Origin: Kofleriaceae bacterium
GTDB taxonomy: Bacteria; Myxococcota_A; Polyangia; Haliangiales; Haliangiaceae
Assembly (NCBI GenBank): GCA_046597055.1
Contig: JBKJLC010000278.1
Coordinates: forward strand, 25,766-89,765
DNA length: 64,000 nucleotides
Direction of reading: 5' to 3'
The notes under the pieces are model-generated. The model did not search any database. It was not told the origin of the DNA and was given only the letters and a program-made list of their open reading frames with translations. Position numbers and translations under genes: made by a program. Within the stretch, counting starts at the first letter, position 1. Every line of letters starts with the position of its first letter. Below, piece by piece: positions 30,501 to 39,773 of the stretch.

Positions 30501-33500
30501 TCGCCACCAGCGCGTCGAGCGCGGCGCGGGCGCCGGCGTGCGACGGCAGGATCTGCAGCACCGCCCCGTAGCGCGGCACCGCGGCCTCGGGCTCGGCCAG
30601 CTCGTGCTCGGTCAGTCGTGCCGCCCGGAACGCCAGCTCGGCGCGCTCGGCGGCGGCGGTCGCGAGCAGGGCCCGGCGATCGAGCACGTCGAGCAGCTCC
30701 GGCCACATCCGGGTGGTGCCGTACAGCCGATCGAGCTCGGCCAGCGCGACCGGATCGCCGACGTCGCTGGCGAGCACCGCCTGCAGGTGGTTGATCGCCT
30801 CGTAGCTGTCGCCGAGGTCCTGCTCGGACACGGTCGCCAGCGCCAGTCGCAGCTCGCGGTGGGTGCCGGGATCGCGGGCCAGCTCGAGCTTGCGCTCGAG
30901 GATCTGGGCCAGCTCGCGCGGCTCGCGCAGCTGCCGGTACAGGCGCTCGAGCGCGTCGAGCGACGACTCGTCGGTGTCGTCGACGCCGAGCACATTCTTG
31001 TAGGCGGCGACCGCCTCGCGCGGGCGCTCGAGGACCTCCTCGTACAGCGACGCGACCCGGTGCAAGAGCACCAGGCGCACGCCGGCGTCGATCGCGAGCT
31101 CGGCCCGCTGCTCGACCACCGCGACCAGCTCCTCGGCGCGGTCCTCGATCGCCAGCAGGCGATCGAGCGACGACAGCGCGACCAGATCGTCGGCGCCGAT
31201 CACCAGCACCTTGCGCCAGGCCACGATCGCGGCCGGGTTGTCCTGGCGCTGGGTCTCGTGGATCTCGGCGACCCGCGACAGGGCCGTCATCGCAGCCTCG
31301 GGCTCGAGCGTGGCGGCGGCGCCTGCTTCGAAGGTGGCGACCAGCTCGTCCCAGGCGCGGAGCCGCGCGCCGAGCGCGTACAGGCGGTCGAACACGTCGC
31401 GCCGGGTCGGCTCGAGCTGCCAGGCCCGGGCCAGGGCGTCCAGCGCGAGGTGCGGATCGCCGCCGCGGGTGTCGTGCAGCGTGGCGATCTCGAGGAGCGT
31501 CGCGACCTTGGCGTGCGGATCGTCGACGTAGGCGAGCTTGGCCCCGAGGATCACGATCAGCTTGTGCCACCAGTCTCGGGCCCGGTAGATCGGCTCGAGC
31601 AGGTCGGCGATGCGCTCGCGATGCTCGTCGCCGGCGACCAGGCGCTCGAGCGGCGGCAGCGCGTCGTCGGGGTGCCCGCTGTTCAGCACCTCCTCGTACT
31701 GGTCGACCGCGCCGACCGCGTCCTTGAGGTGCGCCTCGAGGATCTGGGCCAGCGCCAGCCGGTGCTCGACCTGGGTGCCTTCGTCGGGGGTCCGCGCGAT
31801 CCGCTCGCCCAGCAGCTCGGCGAGATCGTACCAGCGCCCGCCCGACCGGTAGAGTCGGTCGAGCTCCTCGGCGGCGGCGTCGTGATCGGCGGCGGCGGCG
31901 ATCTCGCCCGACAGATCCAGGACCGCGCGCCACGACGCGATCGCGCCGTCGGCGTCGCCCTGGCGGTGCTCGAGCACCATCGCCTTGCGGCCGTGCAGGT
32001 CGCGGCGGCGGGCGTCGTCGTCAGCGGCGTTGATCGCGTCGTCGTAGACCTCGACCACCGCGCGCCACTGCTCGTGGCGCTTGAGCAGCGCCTCGAGCCG
32101 GGCGAACAGCCCACGGTCCTCGCGGTCGTCGCCGGGGGCGGCCAGCGCGCGCCGGTAGGCCTTGGCGCCGGGCTCCCAGGCGTCGAGCCGGCGGTCGTAG
32201 ACGGTCGCGGCCGCGATCGCGACCTCGCGCAGGTGCGGCGCGTCGCCCGGCTCGTCGTCGAGCAAGCCCTGGTAGACCCGGACCAGGCCGGGCCAGTCGT
32301 CGAGGATCTGGGCGAGCCGGTGCAGCTGGTCGCGCACCGCCGGCTCGGTCGGCATCTCGCGGAACACCCGCCCGTACCAGTGGAAGGCGCCCTCGAGGTC
32401 CTCGAGTTGCTCCTCGTACAGGCGCGCGATCTGCCGGGTCAACCCCAGCCGGTCGGCCGGCTCGCTCGAGCCGTCGAGCTGGGCCTGGTAGATCCGGGCC
32501 AACCGCGGCCAGTCCTGGCGCGCGATGTAGATCGGCTCGAGCACGTCGGCGGCCTCGCCGCGGACGCTGGGCTCGCCGACCAGCCGCTCGAGCGCGGCCA
32601 GCGCGGCCGGGTTGCTGGGGTCACCGCCGAGCGCGGCGGCGTAGCTCTCGACCGCGGTCGACAGGTCGGTGAGCTCGACCTCGTGGACCTGGGCCAGCTT
32701 GATGCGCAGCGCGACCGCCTCGTCGATGGTGACGACGAAGCCCATCCGACGCTCGTACAGCTCGACCACGTCGGGCCAGCGGCGCTCGGCCTTGTACAGG
32801 CGCTCGAGCGCGGCGACCGCGGCGGCGCGCGCCGGATCGATCTCGAGGACCTGCTCCCAGGCCGCGATCGCGTCGTCGGCGCGGCGCAGCGGCCCGCCGG
32901 CGAGGTCGGCCATCTCGGCCAGGGCCCCGACCTTCTCGGTCAGGTCGGTCGACCGCTCCGCCTTCTGCGCCAGCACGTCGTACAGCGCAGGCGCATCGCC
33001 GGCGGACCGGTAGATGCCCTCGAGCGCGCCCAGCGCGCGGCGATCCCCGGGATCAGCGTCGAGCACCTTGCGGTAGTAGGTGCGGGCGAGGTCGACGTCG
33101 TCGCGGACCGCGCGCGCGAGATCCGCGATGTCGAGGAACAGCCGGCGCTGCAGGTCGGCCGACAGCACGTCGTCGGCGATCCGCCGGTAGATGTCGATCA
33201 GATCGCCTTCGCGTGCGAGATCGGCGGCGAGCCGGTCGACCTCGGCGAGCACCTCGGGCAGCTCGGGCTCGGCGACCGCGACCGACAGGGCCGCGACCGT
33301 CGCGTCGAACGCGCCGGTCTGATCGGTGAGGCGGCGCTCGCGCAGCCGAGCCACCCGCAACAGCAGCAGCATCCGCTCGCGCGGGTCGCGCTCGCGCACC
33401 GCGGTCGCGACCAGCAGCTCGGTCAGGGCCTGGTCCTGGCCGGTCGACTCGTATAGCGGCTCGAGGATCGCGGTGGCGCGGGCCGCCAGCTCGGGGTCCT

Positions 33501-36500
33501 CGAGGCCGGCCCGGACCGCGGCGAGCGCGCCCGGGTGCGCGGGCTCGCGCTCGAGCACCTCGGCCCAGCGGTCGAGCGCCTGGCCGGGCTGGCGCAGCGG
33601 GCCCGCCAGCAGCTGGGCGAGCTCGTGACGGCGCGCGGTCGCGTCGGCCCGATCGGGGCCGGCGTCGGCGATCGCGAGCCGGCGCTCGAGCACCTCGAGC
33701 AGATCGCCGTGGCGGTCCTGCTCGCGGTACAGGCGGGCCAGCTCGGCCATCGCGATGGTGTCGTCGGGCGCGAGGTCGAGGATCTCGAGGTTGGCGCCGA
33801 CCGCACCGGTCGGCTCCTCGAGCATGATCTCGCGCAGCTCGCCGAGCCGGCGCAGCAGCTCGATCTTGGCGGGCACCGCGGGCGCGAGCTCGACCTGCCG
33901 GCGCAGGACCTCGGCCAGCTCGGGCCAGCGCTCGCCGGCCAGGTACAGCCGCTCGAGCGCGATCAGGGCGTCGGTGTCGTCGGGATCTTCGCCGAGCACG
34001 TCGCGCCAGGTCGCGGCCGCGCGGACGCGGTCGTTCAGGCGGGTCTCGTCGAGCATGGCGACCCGGGCCAGCAGCCGCTTGCGGTCGGCCGGGGCCCCCG
34101 CGGTGTCGGCCTGGCGGCGCAGCACGTCGCGCAGGTCGGCCCAGCGCTCCTCCTCCTCGAACAGGCGGGCCAGCGCGTCGAGCGCGGGCCCGGCGACGTC
34201 GGGATCGGCGGGATCGACCTGGTACAGGCGCTGGTACGCGGCGATCGCGCGCTCGGTGTCGCCGAGCGACACGTCGGCGATCACGGCCAGCTGCCGCAGC
34301 AGCGGCACCGCGATCGCGGGCTCGCGGGCGGCGCTGGTCGCGGCCTTGTCGAACGCGCGGGCGGCATCGGGCCAGCGATCGTGGCTGGCGGCCAGCCGGG
34401 GCACCGCGGCGCGGGCGCGCTCGTCGGACGGATCGGCGTCGAGCGCCGACACCCAGGTGTCGAACGCCTGGCGGCCACTGTCGAGGTGGGTCTCCTCGAG
34501 CTCGGCGATGCGCGCGAGCAGATCGACCGCCTCGGCCGGCGTGGCCGCGGCCTCGCGCTGCGCGCGCAGCACCCCGCACAGGTCCTTCCACAGCCGGTCG
34601 CGCGCGTACAGCGGCTCGAGCAGGCGGGCGACCCGCTGCCGCAGCGGCGGCGCCGCCAGCAGCTCCTCGAGCAGCTCGCGGCCATCGGCGTGCCCGGGTT
34701 GACGGGTGACCACCGCCTCGAGCAGCTCGACCGCGCCGGCCGGATCGTCGAGGTGGCGCAGGTGCAGCTCGGCGCGCCGGTACAGCAAGCCGACCTGCTC
34801 GCCGGCGCCGACGTGCTCGCTCTCGCGGTCCCAGATGTCGTCGAGCTGCTTCCAGCTCTTGCCGTCGGCATACAGCCGCGCGAGCGCGCGGTACGCCATC
34901 AGATCGGCCGGATCGACGTCGAGCACCCGGCGGTAGTCGTCGACGGCGCGGCCGGGATCGCCCAGCACGTCCTCGTCGATGCCGGCCAGCTCGAGCAGCG
35001 CCGCCTTGCGGACCGCGGGGCTGGTGGTCACGGTGATGCGCCGCTCGAGCAGCCCGCGCAGATCGTTCCAGCGCGACGCGCTCCGGTACAGCGTGGCCAG
35101 CTCGTCGAACGCCTCGCTGTCGTCGGACGCAGCCTCGAGCACCGCGATCCACGCGTGCTCGGCGCCAGCGCGGTCGTCGAGCGGCCCGGCGTGCAGGTGG
35201 GCGAGCTCGGCGGCCAGCCCGCGCAGCTCGGTCGCCGGGGCCGCGGCCAGCCGGCGCCGCTCGAGCACCTGGCCCAGCCGGGTCGCCAGATCCTTGGGCC
35301 GGTCCAGCTCGTCGGCGAGCGCGACCGAGGCCGCGCGCGCGTCGGTGTCGGCGGGATCGCCGTCGAGCACCCGACCGGCCGCGTCCCAGGCCCGCTCGGG
35401 CTGGCCGAGGCCGTGATAGAGGTTGATCAGCTGGCGATCCAGCTCGAGCGCGAGCGGGCTGCCCGGCGCCTCGCCGCCGACGATCACCTCGTAGCAGCGG
35501 GCGAGCACCGCCGGCTCGCCGACCCGCTCGAGGTGGGGCCGCAGCGCGCGCGCGACCTCGCGCCGACGGGCCGGATCGATCGCGACGCCGAGCGCGCGGC
35601 GCTCGTCGAGATAGCGCGCGTTGGCCTCGATCACGGCGGCCGGCGCCGGCACCGGGGCAGCGGCCAGCGCGGCCAGGTAATGGCCGAGCGCGGGCACCGG
35701 GCGATCGAGGCTCTTCTCCTCGAGCGCGCCGAGCCGCATGAGCAGCGGCGGCCGCGCCGCGGGCGCGGCCTGGGCCAGCTGGGCGGCGAGCACCGTGTCG
35801 AGCGCGTCCCAGTCGCCGCGGGCCTCGTGCAGGCGGACCAGCGCGGCCAGCGCCGGGGCGTCGCCGGCGTTCTCCTCGAGGATCCGGTGCCAGGTCACCG
35901 CGGCGGCGTCGAGGTCGGCCAGCCGCACCTCCTCGAGCGCGGCGATCGCCGCGTGGAGCTCGCGCCGGGCTGGACCGCGCTCGGCGGCGTCGGCGCGGCG
36001 CCGGTACGAGGCCAGCAGCGCCGGCCAGTCCGACAGCCGCTCCGACAGCTCCTCGTAGGCGCGCGCCGCGTCGGCGTCGCCGGGGGTCAGCGCCAGGATG
36101 CGCGCGTGATCCTCGCGGGCGGCCTCGGGGTCGGCCAGCCGGGTGCCATGGATCTCGGACAGCGTGCGCCACAGGCGCAGCCGGGTGTCGGGCGGCAGGT
36201 TGCCGTCGTCGGCATGCCGGCGCAGCACCGCCGCCACCTCGCGCCAGTGCTCGGGCTGGTGGGCCAGCCGCACGAGATCCGCGAGCAGGCCGCGGTCGTC
36301 GGGCGCCAGGTCGAACGCACGCGTGGTCCAGGTCAGGGCCAGGGCCTTGGACCCGAGCCGGTGCTCGCACAGTGTCCGGATCTCGGACATCCGGGCCAGC
36401 TGGTCGGCCGGGGTCGCCGCGTGGGCGAGCAGGACCTCGAGCACCGGCAGCAGCTTCGACCACTTCTCGGTCCGCTGGTACACCGGCGCCAGCGCGCGGG

Positions 36501-39012
36501 CGGCGGCGAGATCGGTCGGCTCGACCGCGAGCACGCGCTCCCAGGTCCGAGCCAGGCGCTCGGCGGTGGTCTTGTCGGTGGCCTTGTCGCCGGGGCGCTC
36601 GCCGCCGGCGGCCCGGTCGGTGGCGCGGGTCTGGGCCACGGTGGCGGCGCGCCGGAACAGCGCGAGCCGGGCGGCCCGGTCGTCGGAGCGATCGCCCATC
36701 GCGACCAGCGCGTCGATCAGCTCGTCCCACTGGCCGAGCTTGCCGTACAGCCGCTCGAGGCCGTCCCAGTCGCCGGCGGCGGCGTACAGCTCGCGCAGCG
36801 TCCGCAGCGCCTTGCCGTGGCTCGGGTCGAGCTCGAGGATCGCCGCGAACGCCTGGGCGCCCTGGGCCGGCGCGCCGACCCGATCGGCGAGCAGCGCGCC
36901 GAGCTTCTCGAGCAGCGCGACCGCCTCGGCCTTGGACCGGGCCCGGTGGCGCTGGCGATCGAGGATCTCGGCCAGCGCCAGCCAGCGCTTCTCGCGCTCG
37001 TACAGGTTGGCGAGCGCGGCCAGGGTCTCGTCGCCCCCCCCGGCATCGGGCGCCCCTTCGGCGCGCGCGGTCTCGGGCTCGCCATCGGCGCGGCCCTGCT
37101 CGAGCTCGCCAAGCACGCGCCCGTGCTCGAAGTCCGCGAGCACACGCCCGTGCTCGAGGTCCGCGAGCACACGATTATGGATCTCGATCGAGAGCCGGGT
37201 GTCGCCGACTCGCTCGGCCGCCAGGCGCGCCATCTCCGACAGCTTGTGCCGGCGCTCGTCGCCCGACGCGGCGTCGGCCTCGCGGCCGAGCAGCCCGATC
37301 AGCTGCCGCCACTGCCGGCGCCGGGTGTAGATGTCCTTCAGCCGGGTGATGGCGTCGGCGGCCTGGGCCGCGGTCGGGGCCAGCTCGAGCAGGCGCTCGA
37401 GCGGGCCGATCGCCTGCGCGAAGTTGCCGAACCGCTCGATCCACAGATCGGCGGTCTCGCGCAGGATCGCGGTGCGCTCGTCGAGCGGCACCGCGGCGAC
37501 CTCGGCCTTGCGCGCCAGCACGCCGATCAGATCCTGCCAGCGGCCCATCGCCCGGTACTTGTCCGCCAGCTCGTCGATCGCGCGCCGATCGTCGGGGTCG
37601 AGCTTGAGGATCGCGTTGTACGTGTTCAGGACCATCGGGTCCTGGCGCAGCTTGTCGCGGTAGATCGCGACGATGTCGTAGAGCCGCTCGACCTTGCCGC
37701 GCACGTCGCGCTCGGGCAGCCGCTCGGTCTCGTCCTTGAGCAGGTCGAGCAGGGGGTTCCAGCGCTCGGCCTTGCGGTAGAGCCGCTTGAGCGCGTCGCG
37801 GGCCTCGGTCGAGGTCGGCTCGGCGCGCAGGAGCTGCTTCCAGGCGTCGATCGCCTTGTCGGGGGTGCCCGACTGGGTCTCCGACAGCTCGGCGACCTCG
37901 ATCGCGAGCGCGCGCAGCCGGGTGTCGTTGGCCGGGCTGTGGCCGGCCGGCGGCAAGGCCTGGGTGGCCTGGCGCAGGAGGACGGCCAGCTTGGCCGACT
38001 CGCCGCGACCACCGAAGTACGCCCGGTAGAAGTCGAGCGCGGCCGGGTGGGCCGGGTCGAGCTTGCGCATGCGGCGGAAGTAATCCTCGGCGCCGTCGAG
38101 GTCGCCGAGCCGCTTCCACTGGATCATGCCGACCTGGAGCAGGAGCCCGAGATCGCCGTCGCCGCCCTTGGCCTTGAGCGCGGCGGTGTAGAGCATGACC
38201 AGCGCCTGCCAGTTCTCGGCCTGCTCGAACGCATCGCCGAGCACGCGCAGCGCCTGCGGCTGCGCCGGATCCATCGCCACCACCTTCTTGGCGTGCTCGA
38301 TCGCGCGCTCGGGATCGCCCAGGTGGGACCGCGAGATCTCGACCAGGCCGAGCAGCGCAGCGACGCGCTCGTCCTTGCTCTGGGCGGCGTCGACCCGGTG
38401 ATTGAACAGCTCGGCCAGCTCGGCCCAGCGCTGGCCCCCGCGCAGCAGGCGCTCGAGGTGATAGGCGGCCGGGGCGTTGCGCCCGTCGGCGTCGATCGCG
38501 CGGCGCAGGTACTGCTCGATCTCGGGGCTGCCGGGCGCGTGGCGCGCCCAGGTCTTGGCGGCCGACAGGTAGAGCTGGGTGGTCAGGCTGCGATCAGTCG
38601 AGGCCTTGGCCTCGTCGATGAACTTGGCGGCGAACTTCTTCCAGTTGTCGCGCGCGACCCGGAGTTGCTCGAGCGCCTCGGCCGCGACCTCGTCGCCGGG
38701 ACGGACCCCGAGCGCCTCTTGGTAGCAGCGGGCGGCGGCGGCCTCGTCGAGCAGATCCTCGTCGAGCAGCTGGCCCTTCTCGATCAGGAGATCGGCGCGG
38801 CGCACGCCGGCCACGGTGGACAGCTCGACGTCCAGCAGCCGCAGCGCCACGTCGAAGCGGCCGCGATCGCGGAACGTCTTCTTGGCGTGGCCGAGGGCGA
38901 GGACGCCGGTGGCGTCGAGGCCCCGATGGGCGGTGTCAGCGACCGCCGACAGCACCTGCGTGTCATCGGGATCGCTGTCGAGGATGGCGAGGAACTGAAG
39001 AAGATCGGCCAT
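27574..39012 (-). CDS. Giant TPR-repeat protein (~3,812 aa), AgmK/GltI-like architecture
   Basis: Uninterrupted frame of repeated units (A...Y..VL..DP....AL..LERLY....RW.EL..VL). Probable ATG at 39012; the track's upstream extension overlaps the NUDIX gene on the opposite strand. Confidence 0.9.
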   Translation of the reverse strand: MADLLQFLAILDSDPDDTQVLSAVADTAHRGLDATGVLALGHAKKTFRDRGRFDVALRLLDVELSTVAGVRRADLLIEKGQLLDEDLLDEAAAARCYQEALGVRPGDEVAAEALEQLRVARDNWKKFAAKFIDEAKASTDRSLTTQLYLSAAKTWARHAPGSPEIEQYLRRAIDADGRNAPAAYHLERLLRGGQRWAELAELFNHRVDAAQSKDERVAALLGLVEISRSHLGDPERAIEHAKKVVAMDPAQPQALRVLGDAFEQAENWQALVMLYTAALKAKGGDGDLGLLLQVGMIQWKRLGDLDGAEDYFRRMRKLDPAHPAALDFYRAYFGGRGESAKLAVLLRQATQALPPAGHSPANDTRLRALAIEVAELSETQSGTPDKAIDAWKQLLRAEPTSTEARDALKRLYRKAERWNPLLDLLKDETERLPERDVRGKVERLYDIVAIYRDKLRQDPMVLNTYNAILKLDPDDRRAIDELADKYRAMGRWQDLIGVLARKAEVAAVPLDERTAILRETADLWIERFGNFAQAIGPLERLLELAPTAAQAADAITRLKDIYTRRRQWRQLIGLLGREADAASGDERRHKLSEMARLAAERVGDTRLSIEIHNRVLADLEHGRVLADFEHGRVLGELEQGRADGEPETARAEGAPDAGGGDETLAALANLYEREKRWLALAEILDRQRHRARSKAEAVALLEKLGALLADRVGAPAQGAQAFAAILELDPSHGKALRTLRELYAAAGDWDGLERLYGKLGQWDELIDALVAMGDRSDDRAARLALFRRAATVAQTRATDRAAGGERPGDKATDKTTAERLARTWERVLAVEPTDLAAARALAPVYQRTEKWSKLLPVLEVLLAHAATPADQLARMSEIRTLCEHRLGSKALALTWTTRAFDLAPDDRGLLADLVRLAHQPEHWREVAAVLRRHADDGNLPPDTRLRLWRTLSEIHGTRLADPEAAREDHARILALTPGDADAARAYEELSERLSDWPALLASYRRRADAAERGPARRELHAAIAALEEVRLADLDAAAVTWHRILEENAGDAPALAALVRLHEARGDWDALDTVLAAQLAQAAPAARPPLLMRLGALEEKSLDRPVPALGHYLAALAAAPVPAPAAVIEANARYLDERRALGVAIDPARRREVARALRPHLERVGEPAVLARCYEVIVGGEAPGSPLALELDRQLINLYHGLGQPERAWDAAGRVLDGDPADTDARAASVALADELDRPKDLATRLGQVLERRRLAAAPATELRGLAAELAHLHAGPLDDRAGAEHAWIAVLEAASDDSEAFDELATLYRSASRWNDLRGLLERRITVTTSPAVRKAALLELAGIDEDVLGDPGRAVDDYRRVLDVDPADLMAYRALARLYADGKSWKQLDDIWDRESEHVGAGEQVGLLYRRAELHLRHLDDPAGAVELLEAVVTRQPGHADGRELLEELLAAPPLRQRVARLLEPLYARDRLWKDLCGVLRAQREAAATPAEAVDLLARIAELEETHLDSGRQAFDTWVSALDADPSDERARAAVPRLAASHDRWPDAARAFDKAATSAAREPAIAVPLLRQLAVIADVSLGDTERAIAAYQRLYQVDPADPDVAGPALDALARLFEEEERWADLRDVLRRQADTAGAPADRKRLLARVAMLDETRLNDRVRAAATWRDVLGEDPDDTDALIALERLYLAGERWPELAEVLRRQVELAPAVPAKIELLRRLGELREIMLEEPTGAVGANLEILDLAPDDTIAMAELARLYREQDRHGDLLEVLERRLAIADAGPDRADATARRHELAQLLAGPLRQPGQALDRWAEVLEREPAHPGALAAVRAGLEDPELAARATAILEPLYESTGQDQALTELLVATAVRERDPRERMLLLLRVARLRERRLTDQTGAFDATVAALSVAVAEPELPEVLAEVDRLAADLAREGDLIDIYRRIADDVLSADLQRRLFLDIADLARAVRDDVDLARTYYRKVLDADPGDRRALGALEGIYRSAGDAPALYDVLAQKAERSTDLTEKVGALAEMADLAGGPLRRADDAIAAWEQVLEIDPARAAAVAALERLYKAERRWPDVVELYERRMGFVVTIDEAVALRIKLAQVHEVELTDLSTAVESYAAALGGDPSNPAALAALERLVGEPSVRGEAADVLEPIYIARQDWPRLARIYQAQLDGSSEPADRLGLTRQIARLYEEQLEDLEGAFHWYGRVFREMPTEPAVRDQLHRLAQILDDWPGLVRVYQGLLDDEPGDAPHLREVAIAAATVYDRRLDAWEPGAKAYRRALAAPGDDREDRGLFARLEALLKRHEQWRAVVEVYDDAINAADDDARRRDLHGRKAMVLEHRQGDADGAIASWRAVLDLSGEIAAAADHDAAAEELDRLYRSGGRWYDLAELLGERIARTPDEGTQVEHRLALAQILEAHLKDAVGAVDQYEEVLNSGHPDDALPPLERLVAGDEHRERIADLLEPIYRARDWWHKLIVILGAKLAYVDDPHAKVATLLEIATLHDTRGGDPHLALDALARAWQLEPTRRDVFDRLYALGARLRAWDELVATFEAGAAATLEPEAAMTALSRVAEIHETQRQDNPAAIVAWRKVLVIGADDLVALSSLDRLLAIEDRAEELVAVVEQRAELAIDAGVRLVLLHRVASLYEEVLERPREAVAAYKNVLGVDDTDESSLDALERLYRQLREPRELAQILERKLELARDPGTHRELRLALATVSEQDLGDSYEAINHLQAVLASDVGDPVALAELDRLYGTTRMWPELLDVLDRRALLATAAAERAELAFRAARLTEHELAEPEAAVPRYGAVLQILPSHAGARAALDALVAKDEHLEAAAPLLERHFRAVGDHDALVKVTERRLDSRASLDDVGDGRRVLWSTLADIHETLRGDLPAASQTWARALTEEPGEIALLAPLERLAQARGAWPELAALLESRLQSGLGGELEHVYAMRLGRLYEDALADFERAAIAYRRAADTHVDEHGALLALDRVLWRLGRWGELAEVLLREADVAEGDAQAAELLFRLGDVRESQLKDLHGAVDAYQSVVERQSRHGAARASLERLLGADTERAQIIDTLEPLYESEGEWGRLTDLLAAKLAVTDEHSERASIYQRIAQLAEGRLGDGVRALDAAGGWLAEDPASGEALGELDRLAAQQGRWTEVAARVHGIASAHEDQALPLWMYLGTVQLDRLGDADGAAASFVAALALDDEHAPALEALERIHRSRGDLPSLAQIQARRADLAFDPPRKQALWAEVADLRERLGDLDAAILAWDAVIDIADDDRAPLTRLAAIHERRGDRRALVTTLGRHARIAGDPGEEKQLRVRIAHLEGELGDVAAAASAWQGVLDLDPTDGGALAALEDVHTRAGDWMAVHDVLTRRLDLARSSAEKVAVLGTMARIAERERGAIDDAIGHWYAVLDLENAQLTAYGELERLLGKAERWHDVVELLERRAELHGSQDDSPAEIQALARAADIWEGRLDNPDAAGEILEKILRREPGSVAALTRLARIYERAADWDKCGEILQRALALGPRGTDAADLFFRLGEVADKAQGDRDTALAHFRQALVHDSTHGPAIAAVERVARDQGDWTTVADMLGRRLAAAGATADALPLALELADVHRRLGDPAAALPVLERVAAAAPTDVRVLAPLADLYFATGQHDRAAPIYDKLADEAKAARRMKDVARYRQRQGGILEARGDAAGALAAYEEAFRVNPTDVSTMAGLGRLYMTARDWEKARRVYRALVLQNVDVDAGITKAGVYLALGVIHVELGEAPKAKGMFQRGLEIEPGNAALKDALARLG
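37092..37172. repeat. 27-bp in-frame tandem repeat (2 near-identical + 1 degenerate copy)
   Basis: gcccgtgctcgaagtccgcgagcacac (37119-37145) and gcccgtgctcgaggtccgcgagcacac (37146-37172); protein RVLADLEHG-RVLADFEHG-RVLGELEQG. Confidence 0.85.
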
Positions 39013-39163
39013 GCGTGGGGGGTCCGTTTCGGGCGGGTCGATGCTACCGCCGGCGGCGCCGGCGAAACAACGCGGGGGCTCGACCAATCGCGGAGTTATG
39101 CGAACGGTCCGGATTGTCGCCGTGCGGTTGCGGCACCGTGCGCCAGATGAGATCCAGGACCCG

Positions 39164-39664
39164 ATGAAGGAGAAGCACCAGCACTGCCACTTCTGCGGCA
39201 CAGCGTACGACGAGCGGGTGTGGCCTCGCCGTTGCACGGCGTGCGGTGAGATGACCTGGCGGAATCCCATCCCGGTCGCGGTGGTGGTGGTGCCCGTCGA
39301 CGACGGCGTGCTGCTGGTGCGTCGGGCGATCCCGCCGGTCGGCGAGCTGGCCCTGCCCGGCGGCTTCATCGACGGCGGCGAGAGCTGGGAGGTCGCCGCT
39401 GCCCGCGAGGTCCGTGAGGAGTGCGGGATCGAGATCAGTGGCCTGCGGCTGGCGCGGGTGCTGTCGCCACCCGACGGCGCGATGATGATCGTCTTTGGCG
39501 TGGCCGCGCCGCTGACCGAGGCCGATCTCGGCACGTGCGCGCCCAACACCGAGACCCAGGCGCTGGTGATCGTGCGCGAGCCGACCGAGCTGGGGTTCCC
39601 GCTGCACACGCAGGTGCTGGCCGACTTCTTCGCCGGCCGGCTGGCGCCGGTCGCACCGGAATGA
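39164..39664 (+). CDS. NUDIX hydrolase with N-terminal zinc ribbon
   Basis: CHFCG..CTACG, NPIPVA, Nudix box PGGFIDGGESWEVAAAREVREECG. Confidence 0.9.
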   Translation: MKEKHQHCHFCGTAYDERVWPRRCTACGEMTWRNPIPVAVVVVPVDDGVLLVRRAIPPVGELALPGGFIDGGESWEVAAAREVREECGIEISGLRLARVLSPPDGAMMIVFGVAAPLTEADLGTCAPNTETQALVIVREPTELGFPLHTQVLADFFAGRLAPVAPE

Positions 39665-39773
39665 CGCGGCCGGGTCCTTCACGACGAACGGAAGCGGTCG
39701 ACCCGGTCCTGGGGCGGATGCACGGCGTCAGGCGCCGCCCGGCACCCACATCGCCACACCCGGAGGGACCCCG

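Noticed and set aside
27496..39150. Very long + strand ORFs (27496..33456, 33535..39150)
   Set aside because: Antisense shadows of the giant TPR gene; stop-poor because of GC3 bias; no recognisable motifs.
39013..39609. N-terminal 199-aa extension of the giant TPR ORF
   Set aside because: It overlaps the NUDIX gene on the other strand; TPR-like sequence begins at ATG 39012.
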